From: Bacteroidota bacterium
GTDB taxonomy: Bacteria > Bacteroidota > Rhodothermia > Rhodothermales > Rubricoccaceae
NCBI GenBank assembly: GCA_039024395.1
Contig: JBCCQJ010000001.1
Location: 3,288-67,287, forward strand
DNA length: 64,000 nucleotides
Direction of reading: 5' to 3'
Below are positions 35,179 to 44,341 of this stretch, in pieces. The position numbers and the translations under genes were made by a program. A model generated the notes under the pieces. The model saw nothing but the letters and a program-made list of their open reading frames with translations, was not told the DNA's origin and ran no database searches. How positions within the stretch are numbered: the stretch's first letter is position 1; the number at the start of each line of letters is the position of its first letter.

Positions 35179-36474
35179 CTAAAGCCCAAACGCCTCGGGG
35201 AGCGCCGTCGTGAGCGCCGGGAACAGCACGACGACGGCGAGCGCGATCAGCATCGCGATGTAGAGCGGCAGAAGCGGCCGCGCGATTCGCGAGACCGGCA
35301 CCCCGGCCACGCCGCAGCCCGCGAACAGGACCGTCCCCACGGGCGGCGTGCACAGCCCGATGCACAGGTTGAGCACCATCAGGATCCCGAAGTGCAGCGG
35401 GTCGATGCCCAGGCTCACCGCGACCGGCAGGAAGATGGGCGTGAAGATCAGGATGGCCGGCGTCATATCCATGAACGTCCCCACAGCCAGCAGCACGAGA
35501 TTGATGAGCAGCAGGAGCACGACCGGGTTGTCGGACAGGCCGACGAGCCCTTCGGCGACGCCCTGCGGGATCCGGTCAAACGAGAGCACCCACGAGAGCG
35601 CCATCGACGTCGCCACCAGGAGCATCACCACGGCCGTCGTCACGACCGACTGGAGGATGACGCCCTGGAGGTCGCGCACCGAGACCGACCGGTAGATCCC
35701 CATCGAGAGCACGAGCGCGTACATCACCGCGATCGCTGCCGCCTCGGTGGCGGTGAAGATGCCAGCCACGATCCCCCCGATCACGACGATGATGAGCCCG
35801 AGGCTGGGGAGCGCGTCGAGGAACCGGCGGCCCACCTCGGCAAGCGGGACGCGCGCGTCGGTGCCGTACCCGTTCCGCTTGGCGATCACGCCGGCTACGA
35901 GCATCAGCGACAGCCCGAGGATGAGGCCCGGGATGTAGCCGGCCACGAACAGGGCCGCCACGCTCACGCCGCCCGACGCGAGCGAGTACACGATGAGCAC
36001 GTTCGAGGGCGGGATGATGAGGCCTGTCGTCGCCGCCGACACGTTGACGGCCGCGCTGAAGCCCTCGTCGTAGCCGGCCTCGGTCATCTTCGGGTGCATC
36101 ACGCCGCCGATGGCCGCGGCGGCCGCGATCGCCGAGCCCGAGATGGCCCCGAACAGCATCGAGGCGATGATGTTGACGAACGCGAGGCCGCCGGGCAGCG
36201 AGCCCACGAGCGACCGCGCGAACGCGATCAGCCGCTGCGCGATGCCGCCGCGCGCCATCAGGTTGCCGGCCAGGATGAAGAACGGGATCGCGAGCAGCGT
36301 GAAGCTGTCGAGCCCACCGGCCAGCCGCTGCGCGACGGTGCTCACCGCCGGACCTGGATCCACGACGGTGAGCAGCGACGCCAGCGTGGCCGTCCCGATG
36401 CAGAACGCGACCGGCACGTCGAGCGCCAGCAGGACGAGGAAGACGACGATGAGGACGGTGACGGCGAGGGCCAT
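35179..36474 (-). CDS. dctM: TRAP transporter large permease
   Basis: 431 aa, polytopic. LLAIPFFILAGNLM, MLFGAISGSAIA motifs. Confidence 0.9.
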   Translation of the reverse strand: MALAVTVLIVVFLVLLALDVPVAFCIGTATLASLLTVVDPGPAVSTVAQRLAGGLDSFTLLAIPFFILAGNLMARGGIAQRLIAFARSLVGSLPGGLAFVNIIASMLFGAISGSAIAAAAAIGGVMHPKMTEAGYDEGFSAAVNVSAATTGLIIPPSNVLIVYSLASGGVSVAALFVAGYIPGLILGLSLMLVAGVIAKRNGYGTDARVPLAEVGRRFLDALPSLGLIIVVIGGIVAGIFTATEAAAIAVMYALVLSMGIYRSVSVRDLQGVILQSVVTTAVVMLLVATSMALSWVLSFDRIPQGVAEGLVGLSDNPVVLLLLINLVLLAVGTFMDMTPAILIFTPIFLPVAVSLGIDPLHFGILMVLNLCIGLCTPPVGTVLFAGCGVAGVPVSRIARPLLPLYIAMLIALAVVVLFPALTTALPEAFGL

Positions 36475-36481
36475 GCAGATC

Positions 36482-37015
36482 TCAGGCAGACGGGGGAGGG
36501 GGCGCCGACGGGGCCTCGGGAACGGCGGCCTGACCGCGCGCCGTCTCGACCGCCCCCACGACGGCGTACCACACCATGAGCAGGCCCGAGATCGGGAGCA
36601 CGAGGTAGACGTACCCCACCGGCACCTGGAACGCCGCCGACCGCTGGCCCAGCTCGAACGTCACGTTGACCAGGATGCCCCCGCCGACGACGAGCGTCAC
36701 GATGGCGAACAGCGCCACGACGGCGTAGCTCGCGATGCGCGCCCGCTTTCGAGCCTCCGGAGAGAGCCGCGTCACGACCACGTCGATCCCCAGGTGGGCG
36801 CGCTGTCGGAGCGCGTAGGCCGCCCCGAGGAGGGAGATCCACAGGAGCAGGTACGTCGCCAGCTCCTCGGTGTACGAGCTGGGCTCGTTGAGCAGGAAGC
36901 GCGTTGCCACCTGCCACGTCACCGTGAGCACCATCACGACGGTGAGGCCGACGAGGACCGCGGCGAGGACGCGGTCGAGGGCGGCCGTGAAGCCGCGGGC
37001 GGGGGCGTCCGTCAT
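36482..37015 (-). CDS. dctQ: TRAP transporter small permease
   Basis: 177 aa, 4 TM. WQVATRFLLNEPSSYTEELATYLLLW. Confidence 0.85.
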   Translation of the reverse strand: MTDAPARGFTAALDRVLAAVLVGLTVVMVLTVTWQVATRFLLNEPSSYTEELATYLLLWISLLGAAYALRQRAHLGIDVVVTRLSPEARKRARIASYAVVALFAIVTLVVGGGILVNVTFELGQRSAAFQVPVGYVYLVLPISGLLMVWYAVVGAVETARGQAAVPEAPSAPPPPSA

Positions 37016-38070
37016 GGGGCGTCAGAGGCCTCCGCCTCGGGGACGGCGGCCTCGGTGGCGTCTGGTTCAGTGGCGTCCGCCTCGGTGGTGTCTGCGGGGG
37101 CGGCGGGGAGCGCCTGGATCCGCTCGGCGAGGGCGCCGACGGGCGTGCCGCCGAGGTCGTCGTAGATCGGGGCGACGGCCTCGCGGAAGGGCGTCTTGTC
37201 CACCTCGACCACCTCGACGCCAGCGGCGCGCACCGAGTCGAGCGCGGCGCCCTCGTCGCGGAGCCACAGCTCGCGCTGGAGGGCCACCGACTCGGCGGCG
37301 GCCTGGCGGAACCACGTCCGCTGCTGCTCGCTCATCCGGTTCCAGCGGTGAGTCGAGATGAGGAGGATGTCGGGTGGGGCCGAGTGCTCGTCGAGCACGT
37401 AGTGCGTCACCTGCTGGTAGTGGCCCATACCGTAGAGGCTCATCGGGCTGTTCTCGGCGCCGTCGACGATCCCCTGCTGGAGCGCGCCGTAAACCTCCGA
37501 GAACGCCAGCGGCGTCGCGTTCCCCCCCAGCAGGTTGATCGTCTGGATGAAGAGCGGGCTCTGGATCACCCGGATCTTGAGTCCGTCGAGGTCCTCCGGC
37601 GTGCGGACGTCGCGGCCGTTGACGTAGAAGCTCCGGAAGCCGGCGTCGTAGTAGGCCACGCCCAGCATCCGGTAGGGCTCGGCGCTCGCGAGGATCTCCT
37701 CGCCGACGTCGCCGCCCAGCGTCTGCCACAGGTGGTCGCGGTCGCGGAAGAGGTACGGCAGGCTGAACACGCCCATCTCGGGCACGAAGCTCTCCATCAC
37801 GCCCGACGACACCTTCGACATGTCGAGCGTGCCGAGCTGGAGCAGCTCGATCGTCGCGCGCTCGTTGCCGAGCTGGCCGCTCGGGTAGATGTCCATCCGC
37901 ATCGTCCCACCGGACAGCTCCTGGAGCCGCTCGTCGAAGCGGACGAGCGCGTGGTGGACTGGCGACTCGGTGTCGAGCGAGTTGGCGACGCGGAGCACCG
38001 TCACGTCGTCCTCGGCGCCGCACCCGGCGAGGAGCGCGACCGCGAGGAGGACGAGCGGGAGGCGAGGCAT
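37012..38070 (-). CDS. dctP: TRAP transporter substrate-binding protein, lipoprotein, with an acidic C-terminal tail
   Basis: MPRLPLVLLAVALLAGC. IYPSGQLGNERATIELLQLGTLDM. ATGA overlap with dctQ. TAATG overlap with the upstream lyase. Start trimmed from 39033. Confidence 0.88.
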   Translation of the reverse strand: MPRLPLVLLAVALLAGCGAEDDVTVLRVANSLDTESPVHHALVRFDERLQELSGGTMRMDIYPSGQLGNERATIELLQLGTLDMSKVSSGVMESFVPEMGVFSLPYLFRDRDHLWQTLGGDVGEEILASAEPYRMLGVAYYDAGFRSFYVNGRDVRTPEDLDGLKIRVIQSPLFIQTINLLGGNATPLAFSEVYGALQQGIVDGAENSPMSLYGMGHYQQVTHYVLDEHSAPPDILLISTHRWNRMSEQQRTWFRQAAAESVALQRELWLRDEGAALDSVRAAGVEVVEVDKTPFREAVAPIYDDLGGTPVGALAERIQALPAAPADTTEADATEPDATEAAVPEAEASDAP

Positions 38071-40682
38071 TACAGGCGGACGATCGAGGTGGTGGCGCGC
38101 AGACCGCCCGCCTCGGCGACGGCGACGTAGACGCCGGCCGCAACGGGCGCGCCATCGGCCCGGCCGCCCCACGTCAGGTCGTGCGGGCCGGCCGGGAGAA
38201 CGGTGTCGGCGAGCGTGGCGACGCGGCGGCCGAGGGCGTCGTAAAGACCCACGCGCACCGGCCCCGAGGCGGGCAGGTCGAGCGTGAGCCGGACCGCCCC
38301 AGCCGACGGGTTCGGGGCCACGCCGAGGCGGAGCGGCATCGCTTCGGGGGCAGACGCTGTAGAGGTCGGGAGGTCGGTCGTGACCATGAGTGTGCCCGCC
38401 TCGGGGAGCGTGATGCGGACGCGCCCGTCGGGGAGCGCCTCGAAGGACAGGGGCTCGTCGTCGAGCGTCACGCCCTGAGCCACGGTCGTCGCGGGCAGGA
38501 GCTGGAGCGTGAGCGTCGTCGCCCCCTCCGAGGCGACGTCGAAGGTCTGGACCTGGCCGCCCCGGTGGTCGGCCGAGACCGTGACGGGGGCGTCCGCCTC
38601 GAGAAGGGCCAGGCCGTCCCAACGGAGGTCGGTCCCGCGGACCACGCCCCACCGCGAGGCGGCGTCGCCGTCGCGCCCGACGGCCGCGAACGCGGCGTCG
38701 GTCGTCACGCGGCCCGCCGTGCGCGTCCCGTCGGTCCGCTGCGTGGCGAGGTGCCAGGCCCCCGAGGCGGTCGTCATCTCGGCGGCCACGAGGTCGCCGT
38801 CGGTCCGGTCCGTCACGGCCGGTGCGGTCCCCGAGGCGGGCGTCGCGGTGAGCGTGTGGAGGAATGTGGCGCTGGCGGCGTTGCGCCGTGCCACGACGCT
38901 CTCCTGCGCCTCCTCGCGGCTGAAGTAGAAGCTCGTCCAGCCGTCGAAGGCGTCGTACGTGATCGGCCCGTCGGCGACGAACGAGACGTGGAGCCGGCCG
39001 CCGTCGCCGATCGCGTCGTTCGGCGCGGTCCACGTCGCCGTGTTACCAGCCCGCGTGGGCGTGCCACGGCCGTGGACGTGCACCTGGAGGCTCGCCGGGT
39101 TGGCCGCCTCGATGTGGTCGTAGACGGCGAAATACTCGTCGTCGAGGAAGGCGATGCCGCGGCGGACGGTCGCGCCGCCGATCACGCCGTTGTTGGGCGC
39201 GAACATCTCGGCCACGTCGAACGCCGCGCCGTCGAGGAACGCCGTCTGCTCCGGCCCCTCGTTGTCGTTGGTGCTGACGTCGCGGACCGGGAAGCCGCCC
39301 ACCGTCACCACGTTGTGGGCGCGCGCGGTGAGGTACCACGCGTCGCGTCGGTCGTCGGAGAACCCGCCCGGCCCGTAGCCGGCGTCGACCGAGAGCGGCG
39401 TGTTCTCGGCGTCGAGGGTGTACGAGAGGAGGTCCGGGTGGTCGTGGTTGTCGGCGCTCGCGACGCCGTGGAACAGGAGCATCCGCGTCGCCGGGTCGCC
39501 CGCGTTCCAGTCGCTCCGGAAGGCGACCTGCCCGCTCTCGAGGCGGACCGTCGGCGACACGTCGGGCGCCGTGGCCGGGATCGAGAGGTCCATCGTGATG
39601 AACTCGTCGACGCTCCAGACGACGTCGTTCGTGGCCCCGGTGTAGTTGTCGGTAAAGAACTCCGTCGTCGCCCAGTTCCACTGGAGCACCTCGCCCAACG
39701 AGGCGGTCGTGTGGAGAGAGGTCGGGGCGTCGGCGTAGGCCGCCGCGACCATGTGCGTCGGGGCGGGCTTGGGGAAGCCGTCTTCGAGGGCCGGCATCCA
39801 GCCCCGCCCGGTCCGCGTCTGGACGGGCCACTCGAACGCCGGCTGGTAGGCCGGGAACAGGTCGACGCCCGCCTCGCGGTAGTGCCAGAGGAAGGGGATG
39901 CCGTTGACGAGGGTGTAGAGCCAGTAGTGCGAGCCCTCGCGGTAGACGCCGTCGGCGCTGAACTGGTAGCGCGTCGTCGTGTTGAGCTGCTCGAGCGCCA
40001 GCTCCAGCCAGCCGGCCGCCTCGGGGTGGTCGGAGAGCGTGAGAGCGGCCGACCCCACGGCGTAGGCCGGCTTCGAGCGGTGGTTGTGCGGGCGCGGCGC
40101 GTAGCGGACGCCCGAGACCATGTTGTCGGCGAGGAGCGACGTCTCCTGAGCGAGCGCGGCGCGGATCGTGGCCTCGTCCTCGGGCGTGAGCACGTCGAAG
40201 AGCCAGTCGTAGGCCGCGACGAAGTTCTGGAGCCACGTCGCGCGGCGGATCTCGTCGAGGTCGCCCGTGAAGTTGGCGCTGGTCGCCGCGCGGGGGACGT
40301 TCTCGTAGGCGAGCAGCAGCGCCTGGTAGCCTCGGACGCGGGCCACGAGGTCGCCGTCGACGATCCAGGCGAACGCGAGCGCCTTCGCCATCTGCGACCG
40401 GTCGCCAGGGTCGGTCGACTCGGGGTTGCGGCTCTTGTAGCGCGCGATGTCGGCGCGGACGCGAGCGACGACGTCGGCATAGGCCGGGTCCTCCCACTTG
40501 GCACGGAGCGCGTCGAGGTCGTCGGCACCGAACCAGAGCTGAGGGTGGGCCTCCGCCTCGGGGAGGACGGGCGTCGTGTCGACGGCCCAGCCGGTGTACG
40601 TCTCGTAGAGGCTCTGGCCCTGGACGGGCAGAGCCATCGCAACCGCGAGCGCGACGAAGGTGGATCGGACGAGGAGCGTCAT
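38070..40682 (-). CDS. heparinase II/III-like polysaccharide lyase (PL15/PL17-like fold) with a T9SS C-terminal sorting domain
   Basis: Alpha/alpha-toroid-like N-terminal half. NHRSKPAY, REGSHYW, NHDHPDLLSY (Hepar_II_III-type). CTD LGVAPNPSAGAVRLTLDL...VGLYDALGRRVATL...GVYVAVAEAG...IVRL. Confidence 0.75.
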   Translation of the reverse strand: MTLLVRSTFVALAVAMALPVQGQSLYETYTGWAVDTTPVLPEAEAHPQLWFGADDLDALRAKWEDPAYADVVARVRADIARYKSRNPESTDPGDRSQMAKALAFAWIVDGDLVARVRGYQALLLAYENVPRAATSANFTGDLDEIRRATWLQNFVAAYDWLFDVLTPEDEATIRAALAQETSLLADNMVSGVRYAPRPHNHRSKPAYAVGSAALTLSDHPEAAGWLELALEQLNTTTRYQFSADGVYREGSHYWLYTLVNGIPFLWHYREAGVDLFPAYQPAFEWPVQTRTGRGWMPALEDGFPKPAPTHMVAAAYADAPTSLHTTASLGEVLQWNWATTEFFTDNYTGATNDVVWSVDEFITMDLSIPATAPDVSPTVRLESGQVAFRSDWNAGDPATRMLLFHGVASADNHDHPDLLSYTLDAENTPLSVDAGYGPGGFSDDRRDAWYLTARAHNVVTVGGFPVRDVSTNDNEGPEQTAFLDGAAFDVAEMFAPNNGVIGGATVRRGIAFLDDEYFAVYDHIEAANPASLQVHVHGRGTPTRAGNTATWTAPNDAIGDGGRLHVSFVADGPITYDAFDGWTSFYFSREEAQESVVARRNAASATFLHTLTATPASGTAPAVTDRTDGDLVAAEMTTASGAWHLATQRTDGTRTAGRVTTDAAFAAVGRDGDAASRWGVVRGTDLRWDGLALLEADAPVTVSADHRGGQVQTFDVASEGATTLTLQLLPATTVAQGVTLDDEPLSFEALPDGRVRITLPEAGTLMVTTDLPTSTASAPEAMPLRLGVAPNPSAGAVRLTLDLPASGPVRVGLYDALGRRVATLADTVLPAGPHDLTWGGRADGAPVAAGVYVAVAEAGGLRATTSIVRL

Positions 40683-40745
40683 GGAAGCAGAGCCGCCGCG
40701 CCGCCCGGCCCCGAGGCGGGGCAGCACGGCCGAAGATCGGAAGCC

Positions 40746-41114
40746 TCAGGCGTCGTCGCTCGCGGGCACGAACGTCTCCCGGGCCGGCGCGAACACGTCG
40801 AGCAGCTCGCCCGCCTCGGTGCAGACGGCCCCGTGGAGGAGGTCCGGCGCGACGAAGAAGCTGTCGCCCTGGCGAAGCGTCGTCGTCTCGCCGTCGATGG
40901 TCACCTCGAAGGCCCCCCTGCAGACGTAGCTCACCTGCCGGTGCGGGTGGCGATGCGGCGAGCCGATGGCGCCCATCTCGAACACGACGCGGACGAGCAT
41001 CAGCTCGCCGTCGTAGCCCAAAACCTGGCGGGTGATGCCCGGGTCGGGCACCTCCCACTCGATGTCGGCGGTCTGGATGAAGGGACCGGAGCCCTGGATC
41101 GGTGTCGTCTGCAT
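40746..41114 (-). CDS. kdgF: cupin domain protein, KdgF-like
   Basis: 122 aa. GSPHRHPHRQVSYVCRGAFEVTIDGE cupin motifs. Sits between lyase and reductase genes. Confidence 0.8.
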   Translation of the reverse strand: MQTTPIQGSGPFIQTADIEWEVPDPGITRQVLGYDGELMLVRVVFEMGAIGSPHRHPHRQVSYVCRGAFEVTIDGETTTLRQGDSFFVAPDLLHGAVCTEAGELLDVFAPARETFVPASDDA

Positions 41115-41118
41115 GGGC

Positions 41119-41874
41119 TCAGGTGAAGTAGAGGCCGCCGTTGATCTCGAGCGACTCGCCGTTGATGTAGGACGACGCGTCGGAGGCGAGGAAGACGACG
41201 GCCTGCGCCACGTCGTCGGACTCGCCCTCACGGCCGGCAGCCGTGGTCGCGGCCGTCCGCTGGCGGGCTTCGTCGGGCGTGAACGTGTCGTGGAACGTCG
41301 TGTTGATAAGGCCCGGCGAGACGGCATTGCAGCGGATCTTGCGGCCCGACAGCTCCTTGGCGAGCCCGCGCGTGAGCGTGAGCACGCCGCCCTTCGAGGC
41401 CGCGTACGCGACGGCCCCGCCGCCGCCGCCGTTGCGGGCGGCCAGCGACGAGAGGTTCACGATCGCACCGCCGTCGTTCATCTTCGGCGCGGCCGCCTTG
41501 ATGACGAGGTAGACGCTCTTGAAGTTGACGTCCATGACGCGGTCCCAGAGGTCCTCCTCCATCTCGACGATGGGGCACCGCTGGAGCAGCCCGCCGGCGT
41601 TGTTGACGAGCACGTCGAGGCTCCCCCCAAGGCGGTCGCACGCCTCGGCCACGAGGCGGGCCACCTCGTCAGGCTTCGTCACGTCGGCCTGGACGGCGAT
41701 GGCCGTGCCGCCCGCCTCGGTGATCTCGGCCGCCGCGGCCTCCGCCTCGTCCTGGCTCGAGCGGTAGTTGATGGCGACGGCGGCGCCCGCCTCGGCGAGC
41801 CGGTGGCAGATGGCCTTGCCGATGTCCCGGCCGCCGCCGGTGACGAGGGCGGTCTTTCCAGAGAGGTCGATCAC
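41119..41874 (-). CDS. SDR family oxidoreductase (probable DEH/KduD-type reductase)
   Basis: (V)IDLSGKTALVTGGGRDIGKAI, NNAG, YAASKGG. GTG start at 41874. Confidence 0.85.
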   Translation of the reverse strand: MIDLSGKTALVTGGGRDIGKAICHRLAEAGAAVAINYRSSQDEAEAAAAEITEAGGTAIAVQADVTKPDEVARLVAEACDRLGGSLDVLVNNAGGLLQRCPIVEMEEDLWDRVMDVNFKSVYLVIKAAAPKMNDGGAIVNLSSLAARNGGGGGAVAYAASKGGVLTLTRGLAKELSGRKIRCNAVSPGLINTTFHDTFTPDEARQRTAATTAAGREGESDDVAQAVVFLASDASSYINGESLEINGGLYFT

Positions 41875-41927
41875 AAGTCGTGGGAATGGGGTGAGGCGCT
41901 GGCGGGCCGTCCGCCAGTCGGGGTGAG

Positions 41928-44189
41928 CTAGTCGAGAGAGCGGACGGCGGCATTGCCCATCCAGGTGTAGGTCTGGCCGCCGAACGTGGCCGTGTGGGTC
42001 CCGTCCGCGGGCGCGCCGTTGTTGACGAAGACGTGCCAGCGAGCGCCGTCGACGTCCTCGATCTCGACGACGCTGGCGGCATCGTCGGAGCCGACCACGC
42101 GGACGGCGGCGATCCGGCTGCGGGCCTGCACGCTCCGCTCGCGGGCCCCGCTGTAGAGCCCGTGCGGCTCGATCACGCTCGCGAACAGATGGTCGGCCGC
42201 GCGGCGGCGGAGAATGAAGACCGGCTCGGGGGTCAGGTTGAAGTCGGGGTCGTTCGCCCCGAGGCGGCCCATCAGCACCTCGGTGGGCGCGGTACCGCTC
42301 GTCGTGCCCGTGGCCGAGCCACTTGTTGTAATGGAGTAGTAGCGGTGGCCGTCGAGCCACGTGAACTGGACGTCGCCGGCCGCCTCGGCGCGGGCGGTCT
42401 GCCAGAGGTGCTGGTAGCCGTGGCCGCTGCCCATTGGCCGGAGCGCCTCGGTGTTCGTCTCGAACGCCACGTTCGTCGTGATCGGGACGCCGTCGAAGTG
42501 GAATGGCAGGTCGTACTGGTGCTCCGCCTCGGCGTCGAGGCGGAAGAGGTCGATCAGGACCGGGTGCTCGAAGGCGTCGTCCTCGACCAGGAGCACCGTC
42601 CGCTGCATGTCGACGCCCTCGTAGTAGCCGTGCGCGGTCGCGCTGACGGCCTGGACGCCGTCGGCCCCGTCGCCGTCGAAGAAGTGGCGGTCGGCGTGCA
42701 TGGCGTCGGCCGCGCGGCGGTCGCCGTCGTTCTGGCTCCGCCCGTCGACCACGACCGTGTTATGGGCGACGGTCTGCTTGGCCCAGGTGTCGTTCTCGGG
42801 GAGGTAGCGCCCGCCGTACTTGGGCTCGACGTTGACGAAGCGCGCGAACCCGTAGTCGTCGAGGACGTCGCGGCCCTGGTCCCAGACGATGACCGAGAGC
42901 TTGTCGAAGTGGCCGTGCCCCAGCCCGTGCACGCCGTACTTCATCAGGACGACGGTCTGGTCCTCGCCCGCCCCGGCGCGCAGGATCCCGAGCCCCCCGC
43001 CCTCGCCGTCGACGCCGTCGCGGAACTCGACGCTCGGCCACGTCATCTCGGGGATCTCCGAGGCGGCGGCGTGGGCGCGCGCGACGGCCAGCCCGGACCC
43101 GTTGAGGACGACCTCGCCCTGGAAGCGCGCCACCCCGAGGAGGGTCGGGTCGCCCCCGTAGCGTTCGAAGACGAGGTCGGTGCCCAGGACCACGCCGGGC
43201 GCGGCCACGTCCATCGAGAGGCTCCCATCGTTGAGGGCCGGGAAGACGCCGTTCGGCCACGCGGTCTGCACGGTCGCGTAGAGCGCCTTCTCGAGGATGC
43301 CGTCGCGGTGGGCGTAGATGCTGCGCTCGGGCTCGTTGCGCTCGATCGCCTCGGCGAAGTAGAAGAACGGCCAGATGGCGTAGCGGGCGTAGTACGGCCC
43401 CTCCATGTAGTAGCCGTCGGGCGAGAACAGCTCGTCGAGCTGACGGAGAAACCCGAACTCGCCCGTCTTGTCGGTCCCCAGGAGCGCCTGCTCCACGAGG
43501 TCGTCGTCGCCCAGGACGTAGCCGGCCATCCCGACCGCCGCCGCGGCCCAGGTGCCGTGGTTGTGGATCCGGTCGAGCGAGAACGCGCCCGGACCCGTGA
43601 ACCAGTCGATCATGGGGCGGAACACGTTGGCCTCGATCGTCGCCCGCTCCGCCTCGGTGAGCGCGCTCACCACGTTGTCGTAGCCGACGATCGTGTGGAC
43701 GAGCCAGACGTTCTCGTTCAGGAGCTGGTGGAACAGCTTGCCCGGCACCTGGCGCTCGCTGCGGGGGTGCGGCCCCAACGCCGGGTACATCTCGGCGTAC
43801 TGCATCAGCATGTCGCGCACGAAGTCGGCGTAGCGGCGCTCGCCGGTGATCTGGTAGAGCAGCCCGGCCGCCATCATCTCGCGGTAGTTCTGCTTGTGGC
43901 GCTCGTGGGCGTAGCCGCCAGCCTCCCCCGGCGGCGGCGTCTCGATGGGCGCCGCGAGGGCCGCCTCCAACATCTCGACGGCCCCATCAATCGTGGCGTC
44001 GAGGAGGGGGTACTGGCCGCGGGCGGCGCGGATCGCGGCGATCTCGTCCGACGAGACGAACACGTTCGGATGCGCCCGGTCGGCCCCCGAGGCGGCCGGC
44101 ACCGCAGGCTCGGCGACCGCCGGCCCCTGCGCGCAGGCGGCCGAGCCGACGAGCGCAGCGGCGAGCGGGAGGAGGCGGAGGACGGCCAT
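41928..44189 (-). CDS. PL17-like oligoalginate lyase (alginate_lyase + heparinase II/III domains)
   Basis: 753 aa with signal. HERHKQNY, RIHNHGTWAAAA, GPYYARY, GHGHFDKLS. Confidence 0.78.
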   Translation of the reverse strand: MAVLRLLPLAAALVGSAACAQGPAVAEPAVPAASGADRAHPNVFVSSDEIAAIRAARGQYPLLDATIDGAVEMLEAALAAPIETPPPGEAGGYAHERHKQNYREMMAAGLLYQITGERRYADFVRDMLMQYAEMYPALGPHPRSERQVPGKLFHQLLNENVWLVHTIVGYDNVVSALTEAERATIEANVFRPMIDWFTGPGAFSLDRIHNHGTWAAAAVGMAGYVLGDDDLVEQALLGTDKTGEFGFLRQLDELFSPDGYYMEGPYYARYAIWPFFYFAEAIERNEPERSIYAHRDGILEKALYATVQTAWPNGVFPALNDGSLSMDVAAPGVVLGTDLVFERYGGDPTLLGVARFQGEVVLNGSGLAVARAHAAASEIPEMTWPSVEFRDGVDGEGGGLGILRAGAGEDQTVVLMKYGVHGLGHGHFDKLSVIVWDQGRDVLDDYGFARFVNVEPKYGGRYLPENDTWAKQTVAHNTVVVDGRSQNDGDRRAADAMHADRHFFDGDGADGVQAVSATAHGYYEGVDMQRTVLLVEDDAFEHPVLIDLFRLDAEAEHQYDLPFHFDGVPITTNVAFETNTEALRPMGSGHGYQHLWQTARAEAAGDVQFTWLDGHRYYSITTSGSATGTTSGTAPTEVLMGRLGANDPDFNLTPEPVFILRRRAADHLFASVIEPHGLYSGARERSVQARSRIAAVRVVGSDDAASVVEIEDVDGARWHVFVNNGAPADGTHTATFGGQTYTWMGNAAVRSLD

Positions 44190-44227
44190 CGGAGACGAAA
44201 AGGGGAGCCGGGTACGTCCGCCGGAGT

Positions 44228-44239
44228 GGGAGCGCTTCC
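44228..44239. promoter_or_regulatory. near-palindrome GGGAGCGCTTCC (compare GGAAGCGCTTCC at 59058)
   Basis: 11 of 12 positions palindromic. 39 nt upstream of the PL17 start codon. Confidence 0.35.
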
Positions 44240-44256
44240 GAATTGGCGAGAGTCTA

Positions 44257-44281
44257 CCTGTAACATGTCATACAAGTCAAG
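44257..44281 (-). promoter_or_regulatory. site 2 of the conserved PUL motif, in the divergent PL17 / PL6 intergenic region
   Basis: CCTGTAACATGTCATACAAGTCAAG, identical to 59084-59108. Confidence 0.55.
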
Positions 44282-44341
44282 TCCAGAGGGCTACCTTGCA
44301 GCCCCTTTGCCCCCGCCTCGGGGCCACTGCCTCCTGCCTCC

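Noticed and set aside
35149-36579. 476-aa plus-strand ORF opposite dctM
   Set aside because: Low-complexity R/D/E/H-rich translation. The opposite strand encodes a canonical TRAP large permease.
37012-39033. 673-aa extended ORF reading through dctP into the upstream lyase gene
   Set aside because: Only the C-terminal 352 aa look like DctP, starting with a lipoprotein signal at the ATG at 38070. The upstream part is an out-of-frame overlap of the lyase. Comparable N-terminal over-extensions were trimmed for 3465, 16019..17836, 30222..31382, 34400..35365, 49530..51743, 60008..61504 and 61204..62619.
38181-41126. 981-aa ORF on the plus strand
   Set aside because: It is antisense to the heparinase-like lyase and kdgF. 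It is extremely Arg/Gly/Val/Glu-rich with no motifs, a typical shadow ORF of a high-GC gene. The minus-strand genes have clear domains.
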